Shown here one piece after another: positions 1 to 12,421 of a stretch of DNA of 26,738 bases. The position numbers and the translations under genes are program-made. Origin of the DNA: a virus (taxonomy: Duplodnaviria; Caudoviricetes); IMG/VR virus record IMGVR_UViG_3300018050_001289, positions 1 through 26,738 of that record. The stretch is one strand, 5' to 3'. The notes under the pieces are model-generated. The model did not search any database. It was not told the origin of the DNA and was given only the letters and a program-made list of their open reading frames with translations. Within the stretch, counting starts at the first letter, position 1; each line of letters opens with the position of its first letter.

Positions 1-727
1 GCCTGAACCAATTGTAACGGTACTGCCATTATAAGATATTCCAGATGATCCACCAAGAACAAAGTGACCATCACCCCTAATATACCAACCTTGCATTCCA
101 GAAGATGTATCATAAGTTTTTGATTTGATAATAGTGTATGTTGGAGTTGCCCCACCCAATACAATTGCTGCCGATTCTATTTCTCCTGCTTTAATTCTAT
201 CTGCGGTTAAACTAACAATGTATTGCTCATCAATTAATTCAGTTTCTATATCTGTTCTAGTTACTGGAGTCCAAGATCCATACACTCCAGAAGTATTTAA
301 AAGTCTAACTCTTCCATAATAATGCTTTTTTTGTTCAACGCCATTTTCGTCTACATAACTTCCGTTAACATTGATTGCAAAAACACTTGCATTGTTTTGA
401 CCTGAACTTACTGGCTCTGCGTTTTCAATTAGTTCATATATTCCGGCATTTGGATTAACTATTTGATCTTCTTCATATAATTCGTAGATATAAGCTGATA
501 TGTCTTTTTGAGTTGTATTATTAAACACAAACATAACACTCTTAAATGATGATAAGAGCTGTAAGTTGGAAACAGATTCTGGAGCATCTGTATTAGTAGG
601 GACAACAAACCTAATAGCAGCAGAAGGATCAAGTGTCGTATTTAAGTCTGCATCTTTTGGCCTTACACTAAGAAGATATTGTTTTCCGAGGTTTTAGGTT
701 TTGTATTGTTTTCTTAATGACTGTCAT
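1..727 (-). CDS. Putative tail/virion protein, FN3-like N-terminus, truncated by window edge; needs +1 shift at CGG-A (extra base 688)
   Basis: ATG 727 overlaps the upstream TAA (TAATG). Frame 0 stops after 19 codons (MTVIKKTIQNLKP-CGG...TAG). Skipping base 688 gives ...NLKPGKQYLLSVRPKD...APESVSNLQL...LTADRIKAGEI...GWYIRGDG, open to position 1. These motifs resemble phage tail proteins. Missed by the ORF track. Confidence 0.7.
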
Positions 728-1719
728 TATCTAAGGCCTCCAATAGATATAAAAGATAGATCTGGATTAATTTGCTCTTCCCCAAGCGATAGGTAATAAT
801 TCTTTAAAAATTGAATTTCTTCAATATTTATGCTGTTACCAGTTGATAAACTATTTTTATCTGATAGGGTTTCTATTTCTATATAGTATTGTTTATATTC
901 TAAGTTATCTAATAGTATTAATTCTGTTAATTGATTAGATGTAGAAAAACAATCTACATTAGTCCAATCAATTTTTACTATTTCAATTTCTTCAGACTTT
1001 TCAATTATTCTATATTTAAAAATTCCACTATTTGGAGATTTTGTTCCAACCACTTTTATATTAGGTCCTTCAAAACTTGCACTTATTTTACTACCAATTC
1101 TTTGACTAACGTTATCAATCCAATCAATTCCTTTGTTAAAATAATTCATTAAATATTTTTCTTGACTAGTAGAATCTATAGTTGTTTGATAAAAGTCAAC
1201 GGAAGAAGATGGAATACTGTATTGTGCATAATTTTGTGAATTATCTGAATCTAGATAATAGTTAATTGTTGCTTGTGAATTTTGAATATATATATATTCA
1301 TAGTCTTCTGTATCTGCAGCATATATCGGCGTAGCCTCTATGTACTTAATGTAGTCTTTTCCATAATAAAGACTATATTGATAATTTAATATTTGCCCTG
1401 GTTGATGATCTTTCTTTGATTTAAAATATATATAACCGTCAACTATTGTGGTTGACAATGGAGTAGCATCATAGGAGTTACTTTCATTTTCGCAGACAAC
1501 TACATAAGAATGGTCTTGTTCTTCTGTTGACAAATCATTTAAGTAGATTTGATTAATTGGTTGACTTGAATTTTCAACAAACAACCAATCATTTGCGTGG
1601 ATCTGCTGTTCAATACTAGGAAAAGATATTGATCTTTTTAGTGGAGGTGATAAATAACTAGGAGTAGCTGGCTCTTGTGTTATGTCAGTGTCTGATGATG
1701 CGTAATTAAACCAAGTCAT
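727..1719 (-). CDS. Putative virion structural/tail-associated protein (330 aa)
   Basis: Long ORF coupled to its neighbours. Beta-rich C-terminal segment (ISASFEGPNIKVVGTKSPNSGIF) resembles jelly-roll/carbohydrate-binding modules; function is inferred. Confidence 0.5.
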   Translation of the reverse strand: MTWFNYASSDTDITQEPATPSYLSPPLKRSISFPSIEQQIHANDWLFVENSSQPINQIYLNDLSTEEQDHSYVVVCENESNSYDATPLSTTIVDGYIYFKSKKDHQPGQILNYQYSLYYGKDYIKYIEATPIYAADTEDYEYIYIQNSQATINYYLDSDNSQNYAQYSIPSSSVDFYQTTIDSTSQEKYLMNYFNKGIDWIDNVSQRIGSKISASFEGPNIKVVGTKSPNSGIFKYRIIEKSEEIEIVKIDWTNVDCFSTSNQLTELILLDNLEYKQYYIEIETLSDKNSLSTGNSINIEEIQFLKNYYLSLGEEQINPDLSFISIGGLR

Positions 1720-1723
1720 TTTT

Positions 1724-3304
1724 CTACATTTCTAAATATAAAATTTCAAAATCATATCTACCATAAAGGTAGTCTGGAATTTCTATTGCGACCACTGCGT
1801 CTACTACTGGAGTGCCTCCATCTAGTATATCAATATTATATGATTCAATCTGCACATTTAAATCATCATTAATATTCAGCATCTTGTCAGATTTGTTCAT
1901 GTCTCTTATTGAGTCGTAATCTATGTCTATAGATTTAATTCTTGGAGTACCATCTGAACCGTCATGAGAATGTTTAGAGATTTGTACTCCATCAATACTA
2001 ATCCCATCTTCAACTTCAATATTTCCAGTAATCTTTCCACCAGACTTCATCAAATACTGAGGATGACTGTCTTCTAAAAGGTCAGAAAAAGCTGAATGAC
2101 TAGATCCAAAAGCTACAACTTGAGATTCTCTATCTATAATAATTTGCTTTAGAATATCAGAATATTTTGGATCAAATTCATCACTTACAATTTTATTTTT
2201 AGACAAAGCTTTGGAAGCTAATTGGGAAATATATAAAATATATTTTCTTCTACTTAAAACAGATTGATATAAAGAGTCTATTTTTTTAATTAATAAATTT
2301 CTTCTTTCTAACAAGTCTGTTAAAACTGATTTAAAATTTCCATCTATAGTCAAAAGGGCAGTAATTGTTTCTTCTGCTAATTTAGGAAGAGTAGATGCCA
2401 TATTGGTAGTTCTAATGTCCAAAGATAAGTCGCTTATAACTTTTGACTTTAATCTTAAAACTGGACTAATAAACTGATCGTAAAATACGTTACAGTCTTC
2501 TATTAGGTCCTTTGATAAATTAAATAATTGATTTTCTATATTTACTGTTTCGGAATTTACTCTGATCGAAAAAAATGTTTGAAATTGAGCTGCTTGCCTT
2601 TTAGAGATTTGATCCACTTCGGATTCTGGGAGAAGTGTTGGTCTTGACGGTATCGTTTGTTCAAAGAGCTTCTTGTAGTGGGAGGCCATTTTGAGCCAAT
2701 ATGAGTAATACGCTGCGATTTGTTGTTGTGATTCATCTTCATAATCTGAGCTAAAGTCCTCCTGTAATGAAATTAATATTCTGTTTGCTTCGTTAGCTAA
2801 TCCAATCACTATTTTTCTAAATGTAAATAAATGACCAAAAGTAGTAGTTGAAATTAACTTATTATATTCTTTGATAAATTTTCTACATGCTCTACATTGA
2901 TGCTTTTCTGCGTATAAATATTCTTGATAACCAACAAATAAAGGGAAATCTATTTCTTGTTCATTTGAACCTAGTACTTCTGACCAAATATGTACGTGTG
3001 TTTCTTCTAAGACTGGTGACGCATCTGATTTTAGATTAACTTGTTCTAAAATATTATCCATATCTTCTATGAAGATATTCAAAGACTTAAACACAGCTAA
3101 TGCTTCATTCCTTACCGAAGCAAGGGGTATTGTATATATTTGGTCTGAACCAGATGTTAAAAAACTAATGCTATTTTTATTTTCTGCGGGATTAAGCTTT
3201 CTTTTATAGGTATCTTCTGACTGAAGAGATACACCATTAAGTCCATAATCTCCAAAAATATCTGAAGTGACTTGTTGTATTTGGCCAATATTTTCTATAG
3301 ACAT
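1724..3304 (-). CDS. Putative virion protein with tail-fibre/spike-like C-terminal motifs (526 aa)
   Basis: DSHPQYLMKSGGKITGNI...IDGVQISKHSHDGSDG resembles the HPQY, GG-x-I-T-G and HxH motifs of phage fibre/spike proteins; helical N-terminal part. Confidence 0.55.
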   Translation of the reverse strand: MSIENIGQIQQVTSDIFGDYGLNGVSLQSEDTYKRKLNPAENKNSISFLTSGSDQIYTIPLASVRNEALAVFKSLNIFIEDMDNILEQVNLKSDASPVLEETHVHIWSEVLGSNEQEIDFPLFVGYQEYLYAEKHQCRACRKFIKEYNKLISTTTFGHLFTFRKIVIGLANEANRILISLQEDFSSDYEDESQQQIAAYYSYWLKMASHYKKLFEQTIPSRPTLLPESEVDQISKRQAAQFQTFFSIRVNSETVNIENQLFNLSKDLIEDCNVFYDQFISPVLRLKSKVISDLSLDIRTTNMASTLPKLAEETITALLTIDGNFKSVLTDLLERRNLLIKKIDSLYQSVLSRRKYILYISQLASKALSKNKIVSDEFDPKYSDILKQIIIDRESQVVAFGSSHSAFSDLLEDSHPQYLMKSGGKITGNIEVEDGISIDGVQISKHSHDGSDGTPRIKSIDIDYDSIRDMNKSDKMLNINDDLNVQIESYNIDILDGGTPVVDAVVAIEIPDYLYGRYDFEILYLEM

Positions 3305-3313
3305 ATTTTTTTC

Positions 3314-5171
3314 CTAAAATGTTTTTCTAGATATTTTTCTAGATGATGTTCTTCCAAATCCAGCTGGAGAAACCTTTCCAGCTCTATTATTTGCTATATA
3401 AGAACTAGAGGTTTTTTTCTCGTCACTATAATCTGAGTCTGGTTCATTCTTTGGCATAAAGAATGTGTTAGAAAATGTGCTAGTGTTTGTAGCAACTTTT
3501 ACTTTACTAAACTCTCCATAATTTTGTGTTATGGCCAGTAGCGCAAGCATGAGTGCATCGTGTGCGTGATCTACTGCAGATCCTCCTGCTTCAAAAACTG
3601 GTCTACCACTTTGTGTTGTTCTGACTACAACATAAGAAATTAATTGAAGATATAATTCTTCATCAGAAATTGGACATACAAGAACTTCTCTTTCCAAGTA
3701 TTGCCTAAGGTTATCCACCATGTATGGCTTTATTTCTTTTTTAACTGGAAGTTTTGTATATGGGTCTCTAATCTCTATTGACTCACCAAAGCTAATTCCC
3801 TTAACCTTATCTCTTAAACCTGAAGATGGATTTTCTACTCCATACTTATGAAGAAGTTCAACTTGAACCTCTCCAAATCCTCTGTCTACATATATAAACT
3901 TAGGATTGAACGCATTATTTAGCTCAACAATTCTACTTACTGCAGTTGTTAATGTGTATTCTGATTTTGCAATTTCTTCTCTATAGGCAACTTTTACTTT
4001 GTTTCTAAAACGTTCTTCTTCATATGTTTCATGACAAGCTTCTAGAACAACTATGTTAGTACCTGCTCCATATTTATCCCAGTCAACTCCTATTGTGTAA
4101 AAATTTCTTGCTGAAGTAATTTCAGGAATATAATTCCAAGAAGGTTCTATAAAAGCTTTATCTACATACTTTCTAGGATAAACTCCTTCTGAGTCTTCTC
4201 CCCAGTCTGCTTCAATTTCATGTCTGTAACCAGATTCTGAATACTCTTCTCTAAACTCATCTTCTTGGTCTTTTGTGAAAAATGGATTACAGTATGAAGG
4301 AAACCAGAACTCTTTAAATCTTTCAGATCTACACCATTCCCAAAATCTTTCTCTTCTACCAGTTGGTGTAGAGGCTCCAATTAATACTTTATCTGGTTGA
4401 TCTTCTGCTGTTTTCTGAAGCATTGCGTATAGTGCGTCAAGGTCGTCTGGATTCATATAATCCATTTCGTCAAGCACGATGACATGAGCCTCCTGACCTC
4501 TTGCTACGTCAGACTTTCCTCCAGATCTCATGCCAGATGTGAAGAATCTAATAGTTGACCCATTTGTAAATTGAATCATAAATTGAGGAGATGTAACTTT
4601 TCTTGATATAGAATTTGTTACTAATTCACTCTTTGATGCTAAACGTAAAATTTCTTGATAGATTAATTCAACCTGAGTTTTCATTGGCGCAATAACCAAT
4701 GATCTACCATCTTTATGAGTATAACTATAGTGAAGCAAATATACTGCCATACTAAAAGTTTTGCCCAAACGACGACCAGCTCTTAAGACTTTTCTTAAAG
4801 CTGGATCTCTTAATATAAGCGTTTGATAAACTCTTGTTTCTGCAGCTAAAAAATGTCTTGCCCATCTACAAGGGTCTTTAGCAATGTGTATTTGCCTTTG
4901 TTGTTCTGCAGAAACTCCGCATATTTAATAGTTCATTATTAATCTCAAATGGCTCTTCAACAAGAAGAGATAACTCATTGACAGTTAATGGCCTACCTAA
5001 TATTGGAGTACCATCATTCCAAGAAAGATGCTGAAGCTTATTTTCAAATACCCACTCAATTCTATTAATTTGTTTAATAGTTTCTGGGTTTTGTTCTTGA
5101 ATAATATCAAGAAGATCTTCTCTAGAAAGTTTTCTTAATTGATCTCTAAATTCTTTTGTATTATCAAACAT
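3314..5171 (-). CDS. terL: Terminase large subunit (~618 aa), joined from ORFs 4878..5171 and 3314..4768 by a +1 shift at CGG-A (extra base 4919)
   Basis: Walker A LRAGRRLGKT with an upstream YQ motif, Walker B VIVLDEMD, coupling motif ASTP, RNase H-like nuclease IGVDWD...YVDRG...DHAHDAL. The track's TTG start at 4768 falls inside Walker A, and that frame has no earlier start before a TAA at ~4925. Confidence 0.9.
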
Positions 5172-5174
5172 ATT

Positions 5175-6789
5175 TTATCCGAAATGTGCTGCCATCATAG
5201 CGCCCTCAGAACCAAGTAATGATCTAGCATTCATTCTACTATTTTGAATTGCCATAACACCTCTTGCTCTTGAAGTCGCTGCTACTTCATTGTCTTTATA
5301 GCCATTGCCAAAAACATCATTATTCATTGTTCCCTGCATTGACTTTAGTCCATCTTTTGCTAAATTGATTCCTGCTTTAACTCCTAATCCAGCTAACTTA
5401 GCTAATTGGAAAGCCATGTCAGCTGCAAATATTAAGTTTACACCAGGAATAGCAGCTAATGCTGCTTCTCCAGCAACTGCAAGACCAACTCTGGCTCCAC
5501 CTACTCTAGCAGCTTGTGCTGCTCCTCTAACACCAAGACTCTTAATAATCCCTTGATCAACTATCTGAGTTGCTGCCAGACCTGTTCTAGCAGATACTAT
5601 TTCAGGTGCTAAGGAAGATGCTAAGTGTGTTGATCCAGTTATTCCTCTTCCAACAGCTCTATTCATTAAAGCTGGATTTTTTTCTAAAGCACCTGCCAAA
5701 GGTCTAATAAGTTTTTCTGCAGTTTCGTTCATTGCAATGTTTTCTACGCCGAACCCTACAGTTCGACCAACTGCACCCATAGTTCTCATTTCAGCACCGC
5801 CACCAGAAGTTAGTATGTTCTGCATAAACCTCTTAGAGTAGGTGCCTCTAGTACCTTCTACTAAGGCAACTCTGCGCATTCCATTTGTAACAGCTGCTGC
5901 TCCTGATGCACCAGTTAAAGATAAACCAAGTGAACTCATGTGTCCAGCTTCAATTGCTGCACGAGCTCCTGCAGGAGTGGCTATTGTAGCTCTAGCTGCT
6001 GCTAATCTACTTGCTGCCGTTCCTCTCATTCCGGCTGGAAGAGAAGAACTTGTTGTAGTAGCCAATGTTCTAGCATATCCGGGCGCTACTAAAGCTTGTG
6101 GATTATTCATGGCCATGACTCTAGCTAAGTTCATGTCAAACTTGCCTAATCTTGCTGCAGCTCTTGCACTACCTTTATCAGCTAATCTTTCCATTTTGGA
6201 AATAGCACCGAGCCTACCAATTACTCCACCGCTAAATCTTGGATTATCTTTAGACCCAATATTTCCAATACCAGATAAGAAACCACCTTGGTTTGGAGCA
6301 TAAAAGTTAGCTCCATGCCCTGCACCAAAAACTGAAAGGTCACTAAATCGACCTCTCATCATATTGAATGGATTATAGTTTGTTCTAAAACCTCTACCCA
6401 CAGGGGCTACTGCAGATCTTATTCCACCTCTAGATCCCGTAGCTGCTTTGTCTAAAAACTTTTGTCCTCTTCTAGTTGTTTGCCCAAAAATATTTCTTCC
6501 ACCAAAAAAAGAACTAGAATTTAAATCTGTAGGAAATAATTCTCCAGCTCCGAAAGCTTCTTAATCCAGCTCTTCTACTTCCAGCTCTTATTCCAAAAAA
6601 CCTAGAATCTTTAAACCCACCTTTAATAAGAGTTTGTTGATATCTATAATTATTAAAGCCAGCAAAAAACAAAGGATTATTAAGAACTCCTAAAGATTCT
6701 GTAGTTTCTGCCATTTTCATGGCTAGCCCAGGAAAACCACCTATGTTAGCAGCTTCTTCTGCAACCATTTCTTTAGTATTTCCTATCAT
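5175..6789 (-). CDS. Gly/Ala/Arg-rich putative virion protein (~537 aa), joined from 6514..6789 and 5175..6401 by a +1 shift at CGG-A (extra base 6552)
   Basis: ...GLRSF-[C]-GAGELFPTDLNSSSFFGGRNIFGQ... runs in frame into the 408-aa ORF. Hydrophobic segment VGLAVAGEAALAAIPGVNLIFAA. Confidence 0.7.
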
Positions 6790-7418
6790 TAATATCCTCT
6801 TCTCATATTATGCATTCCGAAAACAATATCTCCATGGCTGTTTAGTTTATTAGCCATAGCAAGAGAAGAGTTTCTTAAATACCCTTGAGTGTTTTCGTAG
6901 TCATCATAATTTAAAGTATTTGGATTTAATCTTCTATTTCCTGCGTAAGGAGTATTTTCACCTTGTGCTGCTCTATTTGCTGCAAGTTTTCCATAACCAG
7001 CTAGACCCAAGGCTCCTCCAATTGCACCACCTATTAGAGCTCCTTTTCCTTTTCCTAAAAATCCTCTACCCATTAAACCGCCAGCTAATACTCCTATACC
7101 ACCAGTTAACCCTACTCCAACAGCAGGTTTAACTGGAGGCATAAAGTCTTGATAATATTGTGGAGATGCAAGTTTTGCAGCGCCAGCCATACCACCAATT
7201 GCGCCAGCACCAAAAACTAAAGGAGAAAGTTTTTCTCCAACAAAATGTTGATCTGCATTTGGATCACCAAGAGCAACATCCATTGCTGCATCCATTGCGG
7301 GTCTTGCTGCGGTTTTATATAAACCTGCTGCTGCTGCACCACCTATTATCATGCCCGCACCCACTCTAGAAGTTGCTCCCTTGTAGATTGATTTTCCTAC
7401 AGAACCTAGTACTCCCAT
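6789..7418 (-). CDS. Gly/Ala-rich membrane-associated hypothetical protein (209 aa)
   Basis: Several glycine-zipper hydrophobic segments (GALIGGAIGGALGLAG); translationally coupled to neighbours. Confidence 0.7.
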   Translation of the reverse strand: MGVLGSVGKSIYKGATSRVGAGMIIGGAAAAGLYKTAARPAMDAAMDVALGDPNADQHFVGEKLSPLVFGAGAIGGMAGAAKLASPQYYQDFMPPVKPAVGVGLTGGIGVLAGGLMGRGFLGKGKGALIGGAIGGALGLAGYGKLAANRAAQGENTPYAGNRRLNPNTLNYDDYENTQGYLRNSSLAMANKLNSHGDIVFGMHNMRRGY

Positions 7419-7420
7419 TT

Positions 7421-10400
7421 TTAACCTCTAAATAAATGACTATGTTTACGAGGACTCATGTTATGATGTCCAATTTTATTTCTATCTAAATTGCCAACAA
7501 CCCCAGCCGTAACCAATGGGTCTGCAGTAGTTTTATATCTCCTAGCATTTAGTAACGCATCTTGTGCCCCAAACCTTCTTTGTTCCTCTTGAGGCTCTCC
7601 CATTTGAAGCGTTTCTTCAAAGACTTCTTCTTGATCTTGTTTATTTTTTCTTTTAGCTAAAAATAAACCTACTCCAACTAATGCAGCTCCAGCAAGAATA
7701 GTATTTCTATTTCTTTCCATAAATTTAAAACCACGTTCAATAAATGGATCAGCTGCTGTAGGTACTTTGTTTCCAGCTTCTACTATTGCATCTCTGGTTT
7801 TTTTAGGTAGTTTGGGAGCTATTTCTTTAGCTTCTTTCCAAGCTCTTTGAGCTTCATCATCAAAATCAGAAATTACTTTAGCTTCTACATTTTTTGTTGT
7901 TCCAATATTTGCTAGATCTTGATCATATTGCGCTTGAGCTCTTTCAAGCAAAGTTTCTTTTTGACCAATTGCTGTATTTGCATTGTCTATTTGTCCACTT
8001 ATTCTTGCAATTTCGTCCTGTAGTTTTCCATACTCTTCTAAAGAATCTCCTGTAAGTTCATCTAATGAAGAAAATCCTGTTGTTAAATCATCAACTTGAG
8101 ATTGAACTTGTTGCAGTTGTTGTTGACGTTGTGGAAGCATTTCAGCAGCTTGCTGTGCTTCTCTTTCAATCTTTGCAATCTCTTCATCTAATCTAGTCTG
8201 CAAAGCTACTCTTTCTGCTTCTGCTGCTTCTCCAACTTCTGCAATTGCTACATCTCCAGAAATCTGAGCTGCTAACAAATCCGCTTCTGCGTTTCGCACT
8301 CTGAGAACTGCACCTTCTTCTGTTGTCTCAACCATTCTCATATCAAATGTTTTAAGGGGTTGATCTCCTAGACCACTTGTTTCTTCAGCAAGTGTTTCAA
8401 AAGTTTGTTTTACTGCGGCAGCGTTTTCTCCTCTTACCGAAAGCGCAACAATTCCACCAGTACTTTCGTCCATTAAAGTTCTTGCTTGCTGAGCAACTAT
8501 TGCATCATAGGCATCAACAACTTCTTTGCCAAATTCGTCTAATGCGTCTTCTCTTGTAGACATAGCTAATTTAGCTACTTGATCCCTACTAAGTTGAACG
8601 CCTTCTAAACCAGCGGGGTTTTTTGTTTTATTTAGAATAGCTTCTTGTATTTGACTTAGTGCTTGAGTTCCCCTAAAATCGTCTAACTCAACTTGATTTG
8701 GTAAAACCCTTTTATGTATTTGCCTAATTACGGCTTGAGCTTCATCTTCGTTGTTAAATTGATGATGAAAGACAAAGTTTACTATATCTTGATCTTTAGC
8801 TTGTAGTTGTGGCATAGACATGTGCATCTTATATGCACTACTTTCAATGTATTCTTGAGATCCAAATTTTAAGCTTTTTCCATTGACATTTATTTCTAGT
8901 TCCCTAAAGTGTTCCCATGGAATTATTAATCTTGAGTTTGCGTTTGATACGTCATCCAAAACAAATGTAGAGAATATTTTAGCGTCGTCTCTAGCTTCCA
9001 TTCCTAACTTAGCAAATGCATCAGATCCTTCTCTTCCTTGTCCTACAGCAAAAGAAAAACCATATTCAGCCATTGCCTCTATATTTCTTGCAATGGGAGC
9101 TTTACCTTGAGCAGTTAAAATAGCTTCTCCAATATCAGTGGTTGCTTTAGATAGCTCTGTTGAAATTACACGAGTTCTTACATCTTGACCTGCAAATGGC
9201 AATCCCCTTTCCAAAAGTAGTCTCTGATAATTTTCAATTTGACCATTTCCATAGATTATTTCACCAGTGTCTGCAATTTGTTTTTTAAATATTTGACTAG
9301 TAGTCTCTAATGCCTCTTCTTGTTGATCAAGAGTCCTAGATGCAAGAGGTGTACCAACAGTTACTCCAGATCTTCTTTGGGACAGAATTTCTTCTGCTTG
9401 TGATAATTGTAAATTAGTTATATTAACGTTTTGTATTTTACTAGCAGCTGTATTTATTTGGCGAACTTTTCCAGGTATTCCTGTAGACGCATCTCCACCT
9501 AAAGTAAGAGATTCTGTAACATTATTTCTTGCGTCCTGCAAGACTTGGACCATGTGAGCTCTTGCTATGTCTTCTTGAACAACTTGTTTACCAACTCTAA
9601 ATTGACCATTAGAATATCTAAGAGTTCCCTCAAAAGACTCTGGAAGAGAGTCGCCCAAGCCAAATGCTCGCATCTCATCAATTCCTACAGATAAAGTAAC
9701 TCTTTCTAAGCCTTGATTTGTTTTTGATAAAAATTCAAATGCTTCATCAGAGAACATTGACATATCTCTTACGTTTGTAGTTAGTGTTATTGCTGCACCG
9801 CTCTTTGCTTTGGCTCTAACTAATTTTTGAAAAGCACTATACGCACCTTCTTTAACATGGCCTTGAGACCTTAACCCTTGAACAACTCTGTCTATTACAT
9901 CTTGTGTTTCCCCATGACTTTCTAATATGGAAACTAATTCGTGGTCTGCAATTCCAATTTTTAATTGACCAGACTCTAGATATTTGCCCATATAACCCTG
10001 AATAACAGTGTCAACTACAGATGAGTGAGTTCCTCTTTGTTCCATTAGATTCAAGAAGTTATCTGATAACCCTTCATCTTCTATTAGTTGAAGAAGATTT
10101 GTGTTTAATATTGTATTTTCTACAGTTAATCTTCCTGCTGCTTCTCCAGTTAAAGCACTTTTTGTTCTTAAAGTTTCATCTAACAAAGAATTTGTTATGG
10201 TCTCAAGAATACCTTCATCGCTTCTCACTCCAGCATTTCGTAATATGTTTTCAATTGACGAGGCTTGTTCTCCAACTGAGTGGTGCAAAGCATTGATTGT
10301 ATCCACTACATAGAATGGATTATCCACCCTTAGCTGAGCAAATCTCTCTAAAGCCTGAAGATGCTCTGGACTTAGTCCGACCCTCTATCTGATCATGAAG

Positions 10401-11703
10401 AGATAATAGATGAGTTCCTAAAAACTTTGTGTCAAAGTTTGCTAAGTTATGACCTTCTAACCTCACCTTGTTAACTATAGACCTTGTCGTTTCATCATAT
10501 CCAGTAAACTCATTTAATACTTTTGTAATTTCATCTGCTTGAGCTCTTGCTACATCAGAGGCTGAGGCATCTGCTGCTAGACCAGGAAGATTAGATCTTG
10601 CCCCTCCGACTATTGTTTCTCCAGGAAGAGCTTCTTTGGCCAAAGAGTATTCTCCTAGTGGCAACATCTCTACAGTTCCATCTGGATTAACATATCTGGC
10701 CTGAGCTTGATTCATTCTTCTGGTTGATAGATGTACTGTTTTCACATTGCTTGGATCAATTTCATCTAAATATTCTATTGCTCCGTCTGAAGTATATCTA
10801 GCTCTTCTCTTCATGTAAGAAATGCTTCTTGTTTGAGACTGAGATGTTATCCCAGTAGTTTCAATGTCAGCTGTAATAATATTAAAAATTTCTCCAACAC
10901 CAATGTCGTGTTGTGCTGCGTTGTAGTAACCCAATTCAGTTAATGCTCTTGCTTTCCCGAAATTAACCCCATAAACATTTAACCTATTTGCTCCACCACT
11001 TAATAAATCTGGAGATCTTAACTCAAGCATTCTTCTTCCGTTGAGCAAAGTCTTCTAGAAAACCTTGTGCGCTTTTTATTGAGGATCTAGGAGTGTGAAG
11101 CACAGTTTCTAAACTATCTGAAGTACCAAATCTTCTCTTGATATTTATAGAAGTTCTTCCCAACATTGTCATCATTGGGCTAATTCCTTCTTCTATAGAA
11201 GCCCCTTCTGTTGTATTTACTAAATAATTAAAAAATTGATTATATACGTTGCTTGTTGCCGAAGAATATGCTGGTAATCCTACACCTTTAATTACATTAC
11301 CTAATTGCATAACTTCATTTGTAAATCTCTCAGCAAACTCTCTTTGCGTTCCTGTATTAAACATTCTTAAGTCAATCGTTGCATTTGACGCAAGGAATAA
11401 TGATTTTAATCTAGTTACAGTAAGAGGATCTGATTGATTAAAAAAGTTTGAACCACCCAATGATAATAAATCTCTAGAAGATGTAGCTCCTGTTGTTAAT
11501 CTTTCAAAAATATCTCTCTGAAAATTTACAGCTCTATTAAGAAAATCATCTCCATATATATCACCTAAAGATTGCTGCCCTATTACAATTCTACCAGTTG
11601 ATAAATCTGACTGAGGTCTTAAACCTTGATGCGCTAGTGGAGCTAATTTTTGGGACAGATCAACTATACCTTGATAGCCAATTCGTGGAGTTATCTTAGC
11701 CAT
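7421..11703 (-). CDS. Large (~1426 aa) protein with DEDDh 3'-5' exonuclease-like domain, coiled coil and C-terminal transmembrane helix; two +1 shifts at CGG-A (extra bases 11040 and 10379)
   Basis: Three track ORFs join in frame (FAQ-[C]-GRRMLE and IEG-[C]-GLSPEHLQALERFAQLRVDNPFY). ExoI TADIETTG and ExoII GHNLANFD lie upstream of 10379; VVDT and ExoIII-like HSSVVD lie downstream. TM segment TILAGAALVGVGLFLA. Confidence 0.75.
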
Positions 11704-12421
11704 TATCTTCTATATCTTTTTGAGACTCAATATATTCATCAACTTCAACAATTCCTAGTTTTTGACGAAGAATCTTGTTGTTTTCTTTTTCAATATTTTG
11801 AACTTTATATATAATTTCAGATATGGCTTGTGCGGTATCAAGTTGAACTTGTCCAACTTTTGCTCTAGCTTCTCTTGTAGCTAATAGTTGATTGCGAAGA
11901 TCTTTTCTTCTTTTATGCAAACGGTCTTCTAGTTCAACAGCTAAATGCAATTCTTTTTTCAATATTGGTTCACCAGTATTTGAATCAATACCAACAACAT
12001 TCTCTTGAATAAAATGTTCTTTTGCAAGGAGTTTTGTTTTTCTTATATATTGAACTTCTTGATCAACAAGATCTCTAACCATAGAAACTTCTACTAAGTT
12101 ATCAGGACTAACATCCAATTGATGCATGTACTCGGTAGTAAATTGAGAAACTATGGACATTTCTATAGGACATGGATTTCCTTTTGGAGCAAGACTTTCT
12201 TTTAATAATGGACAAGTTTGTGCAAATATACATCTTTCGCCTTCACATCTCATTGGTATAGATGCGAACATTGATGTTCTTGTTTTTTGCGGACGAACAA
12301 GATCAGTAGCTTGTTGTATCTGAGAATCTGTCCATTCTTCTGGAAAAAACAAATCTGGTCTTAATGATTCAAAGCTTTTAATAAAAGACTCTTTGTCTTT
12401 ACTCTTCTCTATTTCTGACAT
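11696..12421 (-). CDS. Hypothetical protein with a four-Cys cluster and helical C-terminus (241 aa)
   Basis: CEGERCIFAQTCP...CPIE; overlaps both neighbours. A terminase small subunit role is possible but unsupported. Confidence 0.7.
   Translation of the reverse strand: MSEIEKSKDKESFIKSFESLRPDLFFPEEWTDSQIQQATDLVRPQKTRTSMFASIPMRCEGERCIFAQTCPLLKESLAPKGNPCPIEMSIVSQFTTEYMHQLDVSPDNLVEVSMVRDLVDQEVQYIRKTKLLAKEHFIQENVVGIDSNTGEPILKKELHLAVELEDRLHKRRKDLRNQLLATREARAKVGQVQLDTAQAISEIIYKVQNIEKENNKILRQKLGIVEVDEYIESQKDIEDNG

Noticed and set aside
4768-4927. Intron or intein in the terminase
   Set aside because: Removing one base restores the frame; there is no inserted segment or splicing motif.
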